The translations under genes and the position numbers were made by a program. A model generated the notes under the pieces. The model searched no databases. It was not told the origin of the DNA and saw only the letters and a program-made list of their open reading frames with translations. Shown piece after piece: positions 37,763 through 51,134 of a stretch of DNA of 64,000 nt. This DNA comes from Eledone cirrhosa (lineage: Eukaryota): contig OZ024757.1 of NCBI GenBank assembly GCA_964016885.1, positions 12,834,001 through 12,898,000 on the forward strand, given 5' to 3'. How positions within the stretch are numbered: position 1 is the stretch's first letter; each line of letters opens with the position of its first letter.

Positions 37763-37863
37763 AAATTGATTATATAAGGTTTTCGAAAAACCTAAAAAAA
37801 ATCAATATTTGATTTCAAATATTGATTTTTTTAGGTTTTTCGAAAACCTTATATAATCAATTT
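37763..37863. repeat. near-perfect ~100-bp palindrome (50/49-bp arms, TT loop) formed by a local fold-back inversion
   Basis: aaattgattatataaggttttcgaaaaacctaaaaaaaatcaatatttga-tt-tcaaatattgatttttttaggtttttcgaaaaccttatataatcaattt. Confidence 0.95.
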
Positions 37864-40800
37864 ATAAAAAAATTGATTATATAAGGTTTTCGAAAAAAAT
37901 TAATATGCGTTTTTCAAATTGCGTTTTTCGAAATATTAACTTCTGATTTTGAAAACTTATTTTTTTAGGTTTTTCGAAAAAAATTTAATCTGCAAAATTT
38001 GAAACCAGAAAGTAAATATTTCAAAAACCATTAATATTTTACGTTTTTTATTAGATAGAAAAACGTAAAAAGATTAATGCAGAAATATATATTTCGACTA
38101 TGAACTCACATTCATTCTTTTTCGAAAAACCTAAAAAAATTGATTATATAAGGTTTTCGAAAAACCTAAAAAAATCAATATTTGAAATCAGATATAAATA
38201 TTTATAAAAAAATTGATTATATAAGGTTTTCGAAAAAAAATTAATATGCGTTTTTCAAATTGCGTTTTTCGAAATACTAACTTCTGATTTCGAAAACTGA
38301 TTTTTTTAGGTTTTTCGAAAAAAATTTAATCTGCAAAATTTGAAACCAGAAAGTAGATATTTCGAAAGATTTGTAAAAGCATTAATTTTTTACGTTTTTT
38401 TTAAATTTCGAAAATGCTAACAATCAGAAAAACGTAAAAAGATTAATGCAGAAGTATATATTTCGACTATGAACTCACATTCATTCTTTTTCGAAAAACC
38501 TAAAAAAATCAATATTTGAAATCAGATATAAATATTTCTAAAAGTATAAAAAAATTGATTATATAAAAAAATATTGATTATATAAAAAATATTGATTATA
38601 TAAAATAATTATTTTTCGAAAAAAAATTAATATGCGTTTTTCAAATTGCGTTTTTTGAAATATTAACTTCTGATTTCGAAAACTGATTTTTTTAGGTTTT
38701 TCGAAAAAAATTTAATCTGCAAAATTTGAAACCAGACAGTAGATATTTCGAAAGATTTGTAAAAGCATTAATTTTTTACGTTTTTTTTAGATTTCGAAAC
38801 ATGCAAAATGTAAAAAGATTAATACAGAAACATGAAAAATGTAAAAAGATTAATACAGAAGTATATATTTCGACTATGAACTCAGATTCATTCTTTTTCG
38901 AAAAACCTAAAAAAATCAATATTTGAAATCAGATATAAATATTTCTAAAAGTATAAAAAAATTGATTATATAAAAAAATATTGATTATATAAAAAATATT
39001 GATTATATAAAAAAATTATTTTTCGAAAAAAAATTAATATGCGTTTTTCAAATTGCGTTTTTCGAAATATTAACTTCTGATTTCGAAAACTGATTTTTTT
39101 AGGTTTTTCGAAAAAAATTTAATCTGCAAAATTTGAAACCAGAAAGTAGATATTTCGAAAGATTTGTAAAAGCATTAATTTTTTACGTTTTTTTTAGATT
39201 TCGAAACATGCAAAATGTAAAAAGATTAATACAGAAACATGAAAAATGTAAAAAGATTAATACAGAAGTATATATTTCGACTATGAACTCAGATTCATTC
39301 TTTTTCGAAAAACCTAAAAAAATTGATTATATAAGGTTTTCGAAAAACCTAAAAAAATCAATATTTGAAATCAGATATAAATATTTCTAAAAGTATAAAA
39401 AAATTGATTATATAAGGTTTTCGAAAAAAAATTAATATGCGTTTTTCAAATTGCGTTTTTCGAACTTCTGATTTCGAAAACTGATTTTTTTAGGTTTTTT
39501 GAAAAAAATTTAATCTGCAAAATTTGAAACCAGAAAGTAAATATTTCGAAAGATTTGTAAAAGCATGTTTTTTTTACGTTTTCGAAACATGCAAAAAATC
39601 AGAAAAAGATTAATACAGAAGTATATATTTCGACTATGAACTCACATTCATTCTTTTTCGAAAAACCTAAAAAAATTGATTATATAAGGTTTTCGAAAAA
39701 CCTAAAAAAATCAATATTTGAAATCAGATATAAATATTTCTAAAAGTATAAAAAAATTGATTATATAAAAAAATATTGATTATATAAAAAATATTGATTA
39801 TATAAAAAAATTATTTTTCGAAACAAAATTAATATGCGTTTTTGAAATTGCGTTTTTCGAAATATTAACTGCTGATTTCGAAAACTGATTTTTTTAGGTT
39901 TTTCGAAAAAAATTTAATCTGCAAAACTTGAAACCAGAAAGTAGATATTTCGAAAGATTTGTAAAAGCATTAATTTTTTACGTTTTTTTTAGATTTCGAA
40001 ACACGCAAAATGTAAAAAGATTAATACAGAAACATGAAAAATGTAAAAAGATTAATACAGAAGTATATATTTCGACTATGAACTCAGATTCATTCTTTTT
40101 CGAAAAACCTAAAAAAATTGATTATATAAGGTTTTCGAAAAACCTAAAAAAATCAATATTTGAAATCAGATATAAATATTTATAAAAAAATTGATTATAT
40201 AAGGTTTTCAAAAAAAATTAATATGCGTTTTTCAAATTGCGTTTTTCGAAATATTAACTTCTAATTTCGAAAACTTATTTTTTTAGGTTTTTCGAAAAAA
40301 ATTTAATCTGCAAATTTTGAAACCAGAAAGTAGATATTTCGAAAGATTTGTAAAAGCATTAATTTTTTACGTTTTTTTTAGATTTCGAAACATGCAAAAT
40401 GTAAAAAGATTAATACAGAAACATGAAAAATGTAAAAAGATTAATACAGAAGTATATATTTCGACTATGAACTCAGATTCATTCTTTTTCGAAAAACCTA
40501 AAAAAATCAATATTTGAAATCAGATATAAATATTTCTAAAAGTATAAAAAAAATTGATTATATAAGGTTTTCGAAAAAAAATTAATATGCGTTTTTCAAA
40601 TTGCGTTTTTCGAACTTCTGATTTCGAAAACTTATTTTTTTAGGTTTTTCGAAAAAAATTTAATCTGCAAAATTTGAAACCAGAAAGTAAATATTTCGAA
40701 AGATTTGTAAAAGCATGTTTTTTTTACGTTTTCGAAACATGCAAAAAATCAGAAAAAGATTAATACAGAAGTATATATTTCGACTATGAACTCAAATTCA

Positions 40801-43800
40801 TTTTTGTTCGAAAAACCTAAAAAAAAATTGATTATATAAGGTTTTCGAAAAGAATTAATATACGTTTTTCAAATTGCGTTTTTCGAAATATTAACTTCTG
40901 ATTTCGAAAACTTATTTTTTTAGGTTTTTCGAAAAAAATTTAATCTGCAAAATTTGAAAGCAGAAAGTAGATATTTCGAAAGATTTGTAAAATCATTAAT
41001 TTTTTACGTTTTTTTTTAGATTTCGAAACATGCAAAATGTAAAAAGATTAATACAGAAACATGAAAAATGTAAAAAGATTAATACAGAAGTATATATTTC
41101 GACTATGAACTCAGATTCATTCTTTTTCGAAAAACCTAAAAAAATTGATTATATAAGGTTTTCGAAAAACCTAAAAATATCAATATTTGAAATCAGATAT
41201 AAATATTTATAAAAAAATTGATTATATAAGGTTTTCGAAAAAAAATTAATATGCCTTTTTCAAATTGCGTTTTTCGAAATATTAACTTCTGATTTCGAAA
41301 ACTGATTTTTTTAGGTTTTTCGAAAAAAATTTAATCTGCAAAATTTGAAACCAGAAAGTAGATATTTCGAAAGATTTGTAAAAGCATTAATTTTTTACGT
41401 TTTTTTTAGATTTCGAAAATGCTAACAATCAGAAAAACATAAAAAGATTAATGCAGAAGTATATATTTCGACTATGAACTCACATTCATTCTTTTTCGAA
41501 AAACCTAAAAAAATTGATTATATAAGGTTTTCGAAAAACCTAAAAAAATCAATATTTGAAATCAGATATAAATATTTATAAAAAAATTGATTATATAAGG
41601 TTTTCAAAAAAAATTAATATGCGTTTTTCAAATTGCGTTTTTCGAAATATTAACTTCTGATTTCGAAAACTTATTTTTTTAGGTTTTTCGAAAAAAATTT
41701 AATCTGCAAAATTTGAAACCAGAGAGTTTCGAAAGATTTGTAGAAGCATATTTTTTTTACGTTTTCGAAAAATGCAAAAAATCAGAAAAAGATTAATACA
41801 GAAGTATATATTTCGACTATGAACTCACATTCATTCTTTTTCGAAAAACCTAAAAAAATTGATTATATAAGGTTTTCGAAAAACCTAAAAAAATCAATAT
41901 TTGAAATCAGATATAAATATTTATAAAAAAATTGATTATATAAGGTTTTCAAAAAAAATTAATATGCGTTTTTCAAATTGCGTTTTTCGAAATATTAACT
42001 TCTGATTTCGAAAACTTATTTTTTTAGGTTTTTCGAAAAAAATTTAATCTGCAAAATTTGAAACCAGAAAGTAAATATTTCGAAAGATTTGTAAAAGCAT
42101 GTTTTTTTTACGTTTTCGAAACATGCAAAAAATCAGAAAAAGATTAATACAGAAGTATATATTTCGACTATGAACTCACATTCATTCTTTTTCGAAAAAC
42201 CTAAAAAAATTGATTATATAAGGTTTTCGAAAAACCTAAAAAAATCAATATTTGAAATCAGATATAAATATTTATAAAAAAATTGATTATATAAGGTTTT
42301 CAAAAAAAATTAATATGCGTTTTTCAAATTGCGTTTTTCGAAATATTAACTTCTGATTTCGAAAACTTATTTTTTTAGGTTTTTCGAAAAAAATTTAATC
42401 TGCAAAATTTGAAACCAGAAAGTAAATATTTCGAAAGATTTGTAAAAGCATGTTTTTTTTACGTTTTCGAAACATGCAAAAAATCAGAAAAAGATTAATA
42501 CAGAAGTATATATTTCGACTATGAACTCACATTCATTCTTTTTCGAAAAACCTAAAAAAATCAATATTTGAAATCAGATATAAATATTTATAAAAAAATT
42601 GATTATATAAGGTTTTCGAAAAAAATTAATATGCGTTTTTCAAATTGCGTTTTTCGAAATATTAACATCTGATTTCGAAAACTTATTTTTTTAGGTTTTT
42701 CGAAAAAAATTTAATCTGCAAAATTTGAAACCAGAAAGTTTCGAAAGATTTGTAAAAGCATGTTTTTTTTACGTTTTCGAAACATGCAAAAAATCAGAAA
42801 AAGATTAATACAGAAATATATATTTCGACTATGAACTCACATTCATTCTTTTTCGAAAAACCTAAAAAAATTGATTATATAAGGTTTTCGAAAAACCTAA
42901 AAATATCAATATTTGAAATCAGATATAAATATTTATACAAAAATTGATTATATAAGGTTTTCGAAAAAAAATTAATATGCGTTTTTCAAATTGCGTTTTT
43001 CGAAATATTAACTTCTGATTTCGAAAACTGATTTTTTTAGGTTTTTCGAAAAAAATTTAATCTGCAAAATTTGAAACCAGAAAGTAGATATTTCGAAAGA
43101 TTTGTAAAAGCATTAATTTTTTACGTTTTTTTTTAGATTTCGAAACATGCAAAATGTAAAAAGATTAATACAGAAACATGAAAAATGTAAAAAGATTAAT
43201 ACAGAAGTATATATTTCGACTATGAACTCAGATTCATTCTTTTTCGAAAAACCTAAAAAAATTGATTATATAAGGTTTTCGAAAAACCTAAAAAAATCAA
43301 TATTTGAAATCAGATATAAATATTTATAAAAAAATTGATTATATAAGGTTTTCAAAAAAAATTAATATGCGTTTTTCAAATTGCGTTTTTCGAAATATTA
43401 ACTTCTGATTTCGAAAACTTATTTTTTTAGGTTTTTCGAAAAAAATTTAATCTGCAAAATTTGAAACCAGAAAGTAAATATTTCGAAAGATTTGTAAAAG
43501 CATGTTTTTTTTACGTTTTCGAAACATGCAAAAAATCAGAAAAAGATTAATACAGAAGTATATATTTCGACTATGAACTCACATTCATTCTTTTTCGAAA
43601 AACCTAAAAAAATCAATATTTGAAATCAGATATAAATATTTATAAAAAAATTGATTATATAAGGTTTTCGAAAAAAATTAATATGCGTTTTTCAAATTGC
43701 GTTTTTCGAAATATTAACTTCTGATTTCGAAAACTTATTTTTTTAGGTTTTTCGAAAAAAATTTAATCTGCAAAATTTGAAACCAGAAAGTTTCGAAAGA

Positions 43801-46800
43801 TTTGTAAAAGCATGTTTTTTTTACGTTTTCGAAACATGCAAAAAATCAGAAAAAGATTAATACAGAAGTATATATTTCGACTATGAACTCACATTCATTC
43901 TTTTTCGAAAAACCTAAAAAAATTGATTATATAAGGTTTTCGAAAAACCTAAAAAAATCAATATTTGAAATCAGATATAAATATTTATAAAAAAATTGAT
44001 TATATAAGGTTTTCGAAAAAAATTAATATGCGTTTTTCAAATTGCGTTTTTCGAAATATTAACTTCTGATTTCGAAAACTTATTTTTTTAGGTTTTTCGA
44101 AAAAAATTTAATCTGCAAAATTTGAAACCAGAAAGTAGATATTTCGAAAGATTTGTAAAAGCATTAATTTTTTACGTTTTTTTTTAGATTTCGAAACATG
44201 CAAAATGTAAAAAGATTAATACAGAAACATGAAAAATGTAAAAAGATTAATACAGAAGTATATATTTCGACTATGAACTCAGATTCATTCTTTTTCGAAA
44301 AACCTAAAAAAATTGATTATATAAGGTTTTCGAAAAACCTAAAAAAATCAATATTTGAAATCAGATATAAATATTTATAAAAAAATTGATTATATAAGGT
44401 TTTCAAAAAAAATTAATATGCGTTTTTCAAATTGCGTTTTTCGAAATATTAACTTCTGATTTCGAAAACTTATTTTTTTAGGTTTTTCGAAAAAAATTTA
44501 ATCTGCAAAATTTGAAACCAGAAAGTAGATATTTCGAAAGATTTGTAAAAGCATTAATTTTTTACGTTTTTTTTTAGATTTCGAAACATGCAAAATGTAA
44601 AAAGATTAATACAGAAACATGAAAAATGTAAAAAGATTAATACAGAAGTATATATTTCGACTATGAACTCAGATTCATTCTTTTTCGAAAAACCTAAAAA
44701 AATTGATTATATAAGGTTTTCGAAAAACCTAAAAAAATCAATATTTGAAATCAGATATAAATATTTATAAAAAAATTGATTATATAAGGTTTTCAAAAAA
44801 AATTAATATGCGTTTTTCAAATTGCGTTTTTCGAAATATTAACTTCTGATTTCGAAAACTTATTTTTTTAGGTTTTTCGAAAAAAATTTAATCTGCAAAA
44901 TTTGAAACCAGAAAGTAAATATTTCGAAAGATTTGTAAAAGCATGTTTTTTTTACGTTTTCGAAACATGCAAAAAATCAGAAAAAGATTAATACAGAAGT
45001 ATATATTTCGACTATGAACTCACATTCATTCTTTTTCGAAAAAACCTAAAAAAATCAATATTTGAAATCAGATATAAATATTTATAAAAAAATTGATTAT
45101 ATAAGGTTTTCGAAAAAAATTAATATGCGTTTTTCAAATTGCGTTTTTCGAAATATTAACTTCTGATTTCGAAAACTTATTTTTTTAGGTTTTTCGAAAA
45201 AAATTTAATCTTCAAAATTTGAAACCAGAGAGTTTCGAAAGATTTGTAAAAGCATGTTTTTTTTACGTTTTCGAAACATGCAAAAAATCAGAAAAAGATT
45301 AATACAGAAGTATATATTTCGACTATGAACTCACATTCATTCTTTTTCGAAAAACCTAAAAAAATTGATTATATAAGGTTTTCGAAAAACCTAAAAAAAT
45401 CAATATTTGAAATCAGATATAAATATTTATAAAAAAATTGATTATATAAGGTTTTCGAAAAAAATTAATATGCGTTTTTCAAATTGCGTTTTTCGAAATA
45501 TTAACTTCTGATTTCGAAAACTTATTTTTTTAGGTTTTTCGAAAAAAATTTAATCTGCAAAATTTGAAACCAGAAAGTAGATATTTCGAAAGATTTGTAA
45601 AAGCATTAATTTTTTACGTTTTTTTTTAGATTTCGAAACATGCAAAATGTAAAAAGATTAATACAGAAACATGAAAAATGTAAAAAGATTAATACAGAAG
45701 TATATATTTCGACTATGAACTCAGATTCATTCTTTTTCGAAAAACCTAAAAAAATTGATTATATAAGGTTTTCGAAAAACCTAAAAATATCAATATTTGA
45801 AATCAGATATAAATATTTATAAAAAAAATTGATTATATAAGGTTTTCGAAAAAAAATTAATATGCGTTTTTCAAATTGCGTTTTTCGAAATATTAACTTC
45901 TGATTTCGAAAACTGATTTTTTTAGGTTTTTCGAAAAAAATTTAATCTGCAAAATTTGAAACCAGAAAGTAGATATTTCGAAAGATTTGTAAAAGCATTA
46001 ATTTTTTACTTTTTTTTAGATTTCGAAAATGCTAACAATCAGAAAAACGTAAAAAGATTAATGCAGAAGTATATATTTCGACTATGAACTCACATTCATT
46101 CTTTTTCGAAAAACCTAAAAAAATTGATTATATAAGGTTTTCGAAAAACCTAAAAAAATCAATATTTGAAATCAGATATAAATATTTCTAAAAGTATAAA
46201 AAAATTGATTATATAAAAAAATATTGATTATATAAAAAATATTGATTATATAAAAAAATTATTTTTCGAAAAAAAATTAATATGCGTTATTCAAGTTGCG
46301 TTTTTCGAAATATAAACTTCTGATTTCGAAAACTTATTTTTTCAGGTTTTTCGAAAAAAATTTAATCTGCAAAATTTGAAACCAGAAAGTAAATATTTCG
46401 AAAGATTTGTAAAAGCATGTTTTTTTTACGTTTTCGAAACATGCAAAAAATCAGAAAAAGATTAATACAGAAGTATATATTTCGACTATGAACTCACATT
46501 CATTCTTTTTCGAAAAACCTAAAAAAATCAATATTTGAAATCAGATATAAATATTTATAAAAAAATTGATTATATAAGGTTTTCGAAAAAAATTAATATG
46601 CGTTTTTCAAATTGCGTTTTTCGAAATATTAACTTCTGATTTCGAAAACTTATTTTTTTAGGTTTTTCGAAAAAAATTTAATCTGCAAAATTTGAAACCA
46701 GAAAGTAGATATTTCGAAAGATTTGTAAAATCATTAATTTTTTACGTTTTTTTTTAGATTTCGAAACATGCAAAATGTAAAAAGATTAATACAGAAACAT

Positions 46801-49800
46801 GAAAAATGTAAAAAGATTAATACAGAAGTATATATTTCGACTATGAACTCAGATTCATTCTTTTTCGAAAAACCTAAAAAAATTGATTATATAAGGTTTT
46901 CGAAAAACCTAAAAATATCAATATTTGAAATCAGATATAAATATTTATAAAAAAATTGATTATCGAAAAAAAATTAATATGCCTTTTTCAAATTGCGTTT
47001 TTCGAAATATTAACTTCTGATTTCGAAAACTGATTTTTTTAGGTTTTTCGAAAAAAATTTAATCTGCAAAATTTGAAACCAGAAAGTAGATATTTCGAAA
47101 GATTTGTAAAAGCATTAATTTTTTACGTTTTTTTTAGATTTCGAAAATGCTAACAATCAGAAAAACGTAAAAAGATTAATGCAGAAGTATATATTTCGAC
47201 TATGAACTCACATTCATTCTTTTTCGAAAAACCTAAAAAAATCAATATTTGAAATCAGATATAAATATTTATAAAAAAATTGATTATATAAGGTTTTCGA
47301 AAAAAATTAATATGCGTTTTTCAAATTGCGTTTTTCGAAATATTAACTTCTGATTTCGAAAACTTATTTTTTTAGGTTTTTCGAAAAAAATTTAATCTGC
47401 AAAATTTGAAACCAGAAAGTTTCGAAAGATTTGTAAAAGCATGTTTTTTTTACGTTTTCGAAACATGCAAAAAATCAGAAAAAGATTAATACAGAAGTAT
47501 ATATTTCGACTATGAACTCACATTCATTCTTTTTCGAAAAACCTAAAAAAATTGATTATATAAGGTTTTCGAAAAACCTAAAAAAATCAATATTTGAAAT
47601 CAGATATAAATATTTATAAAAAAATAGATTATATAAGGTTTTCGAAAAAAATTAATATGCGTTTTTCAAATTGCGTTTTTCGAAATATTAACTTCTGATT
47701 TCGAAAACTTGTTTTTTTAGGTTTTTCGAAAAAAATTTAATCTGCAAAATTTGAAACCAGAAAGTTTCGAAAGATTTGTAAAAGCATGTTTTTTTTACGT
47801 TTTCGAAACATGCAAAAAATCAGAAAAAGATTAATACAGAAGTATATATTTCGACTATGAACTCACATTCATTCTTTTTCGAAAAACCTAAAAAAATTGA
47901 TTATATAAGGTTTTCGAAAAACCTAAAAAAATCAATATTTGAAATCAGATATAAATATTTCTAAAAGTATAAAAAAAATTGATTATATAAGGTTTTCGAA
48001 AAAAAATTAATATGCGTTTTTCAAATTGCGTTTTTCGAACTTCTGATTTCGAAAACTGATTTTTTTAGGTTTTTCGAAAAAAATTTAATCTGCAAAATTT
48101 GAAACCAGAAAGTAGATATTTCGAAAGATTTGTAAAAGCATTAATTTTTTACGTTTTTTATTAGATTTCGAAACATGCAAAATGTAAAAAGATTAATACA
48201 GAAACATGAAAAATGTAAAAAGATTAATACAGAAGTATATATTTCGACTATGAACTCACATTCATTCTTTTTCGAAAAACCTAAAAAAATTGATTATATA
48301 AGGTTTTCGAAAAACCTAAAAAAATCAATATTTGAAATCAGATATAAATATTTATAAAAAAATTGATTATATAAGGTTTTCAAAAAAAATTAATATGCGT
48401 TTTTCAAATTGCGTTTTTCGAAATATTAACTTCTGATTTCGAAAACTTATTTTTTTAGGTTTTTCGAAAAAAATTTAATCTGCAAAATTTGAAACCAGAA
48501 AGTAAATATTTCGAAAGATTTGTAAAAGCATGTTTTTTTTACGTTTTCGAAACATGCAAAAAATCAGAAAAAGATTAATACAGAAGTATATATTTCGACT
48601 ATGAACTCACATTCATTCTTTTTCGAAAAACCTAAAAAAATCAATATTTGAAATCAGATATAAATATTTATAAAAAAATTGATTATATAAGGTTTTCGAA
48701 AAAAATTAATATGCGTTTTTCAAATTGCGTTTTTCGAAATATTAACTTCTGATTTCGAAAACTTATTTTTTTAGGTTTTTCGAAAAAAATTTAATCTGCA
48801 AAATTTGAAACCAGAAAGTTTCGAAAAAAAATCAGAAAAAGATTAATACAGAATTATATATTTCGACTATGAACTCACATTCATTCTTTTTCGAAAAACC
48901 TAAAAAAATTGATTATATAAGGTTTTCGAAAAACCTAAAAATATCAATATTTGAAATCAGATATAAATATTTATAAAAAAATTGATTATATAAGGTTTTC
49001 GAAAAAAAATTAATATGCGTTTTTCAAATTGCGTTTTTCGAAATATTAACTTCTGATTTCGAAAACTGATTTTTTTAGGTTTTTCGAAAAAAATTTAATC
49101 TGCAAAATTTGAAACCAGAAAGTAGATATTTCGAAAGATTTGTAAAAGCATTAATTTTTTACGTTTTTTTTTAGATTTCGAAAATGCTAACAATCAGAAA
49201 AACGTAAAAAGATTAATGCAGAAGTATATATTTCGACTATGAACTCACATTCATTCTTTTTCGAAAAACCTAAAAAAATTGATTATATAAGGTTTTCGAA
49301 AAACCTAAAAAAATCAATATTTGAAATCAGATATAAATATTTCTAAAAGTATAAAAAAATTGATTATATAAAAAAATATTGATTATATAAAAAATATTGA
49401 TTATATAAAAAAATTATTTTTCGAAAAAAAATTAATATGCGTTTTTCAAGTTGCGTTTTTCGAAATATTAACTTCTGATTTCGAAAACTGAATTTTTTAG
49501 GTTTTTCGAAAAAAATTTAATCTGCAAAATTTGAAACCAGAAAGTAGATATTTCGAAAGATTTGTAAAAGCATTAATTTTTTACGTTTTTTTTTAGATTT
49601 CGAAACATGCAAAATGTAAAAAGATTAATACAGAAACATGAAAAATGTAAAAAGATTAATACAGAAGTATATATTTCGACTATGAACTCAGATTCATTCT
49701 TTTTCGAAAAACCTAAAAAAATTGATTATATAAGGTTTTCGAAAAACCTAAAAAAATCAATATTTGAAATCAGATATAAATATTTATAAAAAAATTGATT

Positions 49801-51033
49801 ATATAAGATTTTCAAAAAAAATTAATATGCGTTTTTCAAATTGCGTTTTTCGAAATATTAACTTCTGATTTCGAAAACTTATTTTTTTAGGTTTTTCGAA
49901 AAAAATTTAATCTGCAAAATTTGAAACCAGAAAGTAAATATTTCGAAAGATTTGTAAAAGCATGTTTTTTTTACGTTTTCGAAACATGCAAAAAATCAGA
50001 AAAAGATTAATACAGAAGTATATATTTCGACTATGAACTCACATTCATTCTTTTTCGAAAAACCTAAAAAAATCAATATTTGAAATCAGATATAAATATT
50101 TATAAAAAAATTGATTATATAAGGTTTTCGAAAAAAATTAATATGCGTTTTTCAAATTGCGTTTTTCGAAATATTAACTTCTGATTTCGAAAACTTATTT
50201 TTTTAGGTTTTTCGAAAAAAATTTAATCTGCAAAATTTGAAACCAGAAAGTTTCGAAAGATTTGTAAAAGCATGTTTTTTTTACGTTTTCGAAACATGCA
50301 AAAAATCAGAAAAAGATTAATACAGAAGTATATATTTCGACTATGAACTCAGATTCATTCTTTTTCGAAAAACCTAAAAAAATTGATTATATAAGGTTTT
50401 CGAAAAACCTAAAAAAATCAATATTTGAAATCAGATATAAATATTTCTAAAAGTATAAAAAAAATTGATTATATAAGGTTTTCGAAAAAAAATTAATATG
50501 CGTTTTTCAAATTGCGTTTTTCGAACTTCTGATTTCGAAAACTGATTTTTTTAGGTTTTTCGAAAAAAATTTAATCTGCAAAATTTGAAACCAGAAAGTA
50601 AATATTTCGAAAGATTTGTAAAAGCATGTTTTTTTTACGTTTTCGAAACATGCAAAAAATCAGAAAAAGATTAATATATTTCGACTATGAACTCACATTC
50701 ATTCTTTTTCGAAAAACCTAAAAAAATCAATATTTGAAATCAGATATAAATATTTATAAAAAAATTGATTATATAAGGTTTTCGAAAAAAATTAATATGC
50801 GTTTTTCAAATTGCGTTTTTCGAAATATTAACTTCTGATTTCGAAAACTTATTTTTTTAGGTTTTTCGAAAAAAATTTAATCTGCAAAATTTGAAACCAG
50901 TAAGTTTCGAAAGATTTGTAAAAGCATGTTTTTTTTACGTTTTCGAAACATGCAAAAAATCAGAAAAAGATTAATACAGAAGTATATATTTCGACTATGA
51001 ACTCACATTCATTCTTTTTTGAAAAACCTAAAA

Positions 51034-51134
51034 AAATTGATTATATAAGGTTTTCGAAAAACCTAAAAAAAATCAATATTTGATTTCAAATATTGATTTT
51101 TTTAGGTTTTTCGAAAACCTTATATAATCAATTT
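51034..51134. repeat. second copy of the fold-back palindrome (+13,271)
   Basis: Same sequence as 37763-37863. Confidence 0.95.
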
